DNA from: Aplysia californica
Taxonomy: Eukaryota
Assembly (NCBI RefSeq): GCF_000002075.1
Contig: NW_004798101.1
Location: forward strand, 62,001 to 126,000
Length of the DNA: 64,000 nt
Direction of reading: 5' to 3'
How positions within the stretch are numbered: the stretch's first letter is position 1; each line of letters begins with the position of its first letter. A program made the position numbers and the translations under genes. Below are positions 61,250 through 64,000 of this stretch, piece by piece. The notes under the pieces were generated by a model. That model did no database searches and was not told the DNA's origin. It saw nothing but the letters and a program-made list of their open reading frames with translations.

Positions 61250-62504
61250 GTGAGTATCAAGAGTGTTATATGAGGAAGGAAGTGAAAGAAGATAGGCTAA
61301 ATGGGCCTCGATCATAGAGATAGTTGTATTATATATAAATCTAGACCTGGGATTTATTTTTTAGATTTTAAGCTGATGGACTTGGGAGGAGGAGCGACTT
61401 TTTATAGCCCTAGATCTCTAGATCTTTGTTTAAGGCAAATTAAGGCCTAGATCTAGATCTAGTGAGAATAGTAGTGCAGGCGAGTCTTGTGGCTATTCTC
61501 ACCCGGTGCGCGTTCACCAAATTTTGCGTTCACCCTAAACCACAGAATTCTACACTGTGATAACAGAAAAAGGTATACCCAGAAAAATTGTAGAATTATG
61601 TGCCGTGAACAAACGTTCCATTACAACTGTAGCCTACTAAAAGCGTACAATTTTGTTCTCCTCTGTGGTTCGAAATCTAGAAGCGGAGCTGCGGGTTGAT
61701 CGCTGTCCACACAAGCGCCCCACTTGTCTTCTTTATTGCTGTAAAATTTCAGATCTCTGCATTTAGTAGATGTTACATACCAACTTAAAATTACCACCCA
61801 TGCATTGATAAAACACTAGAGCTGGAAACTAGATCACGCATTCCAAACGCGAGGTGCCGGCATGCAAGAGGCGCATGATCGCTAGGCGGCATGTGATTGG
61901 CTGCCTATAACCAAATATGTCACGATGACTACATCGCGGGTTTTCCCGATAGCGCTTTACTGAGTTTTAGAAGGAGTGATCGCGTCGCGGTAAAAACGAT
62001 GTCACGCAATTCAACATTATATTTCACGCAAATATCAGTCTTTAAGATCTATGTAATAAAGACATCGAAAAAGTGATAGCAGAACTAGATTCTGCACTAA
62101 AAATCACATGAAGATGCCAAGTTTCATTCATATGCCCCAATTCATTACTGACTTATGAACAGTTTTTCCTCAAAATACATCAATACATGTCCCACATTTT
62201 GGCGATTTTTTCCTATATGAAGGTCTTCCAACATTTTGCAAACAAAAATCCCAATAACTTTTTTATTTATCAATGGATTTTTTAAATTTAAAAACCATAG
62301 TTCTTAGAATTTACTCTATTTTCATTTAAGCTCATTTTTAAGCAATTTGGATGAAAATTTCATTTTTCATTGTCATTGCTGCTACTTTCTCATGTTTAAT
62401 TCTGGGAGAGGACTTCCGTAATAAGGGATTTAGAGGCAGCGATCGGACCCTTGGATCTGTCCATAGCTAGAGGTCCAATCCCATGTCCTGAAGGAGGAAC
62501 TTAA

Positions 62505-63327
62505 CCTCTTGTCCCGCGTCTGTTGCGAATCTTATCAGCAACAGATTACATCAGACATTCCGGGCAGGCCGCTGGGGTCTCTCAGTGTGTACTGTTGGTG
62601 TACAGTGCGCGTGCCGGGAAATGTGTGTTTTCACCATGAATACCGTAGGAGTGTGTTAAACGATGATGAAAATAACGCTCTATCGTTCTTAGCTTCCTAT
62701 TTATAAAGTGTTACAAACATGAATAACCCCCTCTCACAAGCTGATGAGACATACGAGTAGTTACGCCCATTCGAATAACCTTTATGGACGCTCTTGTTGT
62801 TATGAATGACCTGAGGTTCGAAAGGGGATAATATAGGTCAATTTCCGAATATTTTGCACTCAAATTGCTCTTTGTACCTGCACAATGGTATTCGAAACTA
62901 TCAAACAAGTTTATTTTTTATCAGGTAGTATCATTTCATACAAAATCAAGCTCATTTGAAAGATTTTGTAGAAAAATGGAAGTCTTGTTTCCTGACTATC
63001 CTTTCGAGCTCCTCATGTCTAAGTGGGTCAATTTCTTCTATAATTTCATTGGACGAACATCTAGAGCTACCAACTTAGCGTGTTTTGAATGAGACGTATG
63101 CCTCGATTAAGAACCAACGCAGGTGGTTCTAGAAAAAGGTTGCAAACGCACACAAACTCAAGCAGACTGAAGCACACACACTTGACCTGCGTGAATGGGG
63201 ATCCGACTCGGGACCCCAATTTCACGTAAGATGGTGGGCATTCTACACTGATACGGGACCTGAATGTAGGCGAGGTGCCGAAATAGGCTTATCGGGCGAT
63301 ATAAACCCGGCCTCCGCAGGAGGAGGG
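62505..63327. mobile_element. Possible piggyBac-type non-autonomous element
   Basis: TTAA-CCTCTTGTCCCGCG ... CGCAGGAGGAGGG-TTAA, imperfect TIR. Confidence 0.4.
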
Positions 63328-64000
63328 TTAAGTGTCGGAGTAAGAACTCTAGATACTAGATGTAGGGAGAGGGACAAAATTTACGTCACTCAGGGCCGAT
63401 CCCTGAAATCAAGCAGTGCTTGATATTTTTCCGCCCCCAGCCTCTGTCTGCGCGTCGGGCGGCGGTCTGTTATTGACATTTCCAGTGTTCGTGACATCCC
63501 GGGCTAGTACGTGGAGGTACTTTTTCAAATAAATAAACAAAATGTGTTTTTTTTGCTTACAAATTTTAAAAAACTATTGCATATTTGTTATCAGCGACCC
63601 AAAATTGGCAAAGTCAATGCGTACGGATCACTTTTTCTTGCCTCATTAAAAAGAACGAAAAATCCCGTGTTGTTTCAACTATTGAACACACTATACTGAT
63701 GGTGAAATGCAAGTTGAAAATTGCAAATCATTGTAATGTAGTTCCCTCTTGTCGCCAGGAAACGTGAAGTGGCGGCCAGCCTCTCGTGAGGACTTATTGC
63801 TGCTCTGATTACTGTCGACTGCTTTTCAATAAGTGGGCTTACAATTCGTAGAAGGTGAAGATAGAGGTAGTCTCAGCCATTCTCAAATATTTCTTGAAGT
63901 CGCCTGGATATTCCCATAATTCTTTCACAATGTTATTGTTTGTGTGTGTATAAATAGGCCGTTTCAGTAACCATTTCTTCGCCCAATGTTTTCTCTTTCG

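Noticed and set aside
63240-63300. Hammerhead-ribozyme-like CTGAT...GAAATAGGCTTATC
   Set aside because: The core reads CTGATAC rather than CTGANGA, and stem I does not pair.

Overview
AT-rich, intron-rich animal genomic DNA. The repeat types suggest a lophotrochozoan or mollusc-like invertebrate, which is an inference. Most of the window is one minus-strand gene, the BLTP1/KIAA1109 (Tweek/LPD-3/Csf1) bridge-like lipid transfer protein. By hand I assembled 48 phase-consistent GT-AG coding exons from an ATG at 55675 down to 416 (9037 nt, about 3012 codons); the gene runs off the left edge. A probable non-coding first exon and a head-to-head promoter shared with a plus-strand gene lie near 60.8-61.3 kb. 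The introns carry many mobile elements: tRNA-derived SINEs, a short non-tRNA retroposon sharing its 3' tail with one SINE, RTE-like LINE ends, TTAA-, TA- and 9-bp-TSD MITEs, and a deleted Mutator element. The strongest novelty lead is a 2.2-kb CAC...GTG element (45633-47812) with a decayed RAG1-N-terminus-like (Chapaev/N-RAG-TP type) Cys/His domain. Other leads are a candidate 27-nt microexon enclosed in a hairpin, a uORF-rich leader, FFAT-like motifs and a palindrome-array foldback element. Everything was read by eye and no searches were run.
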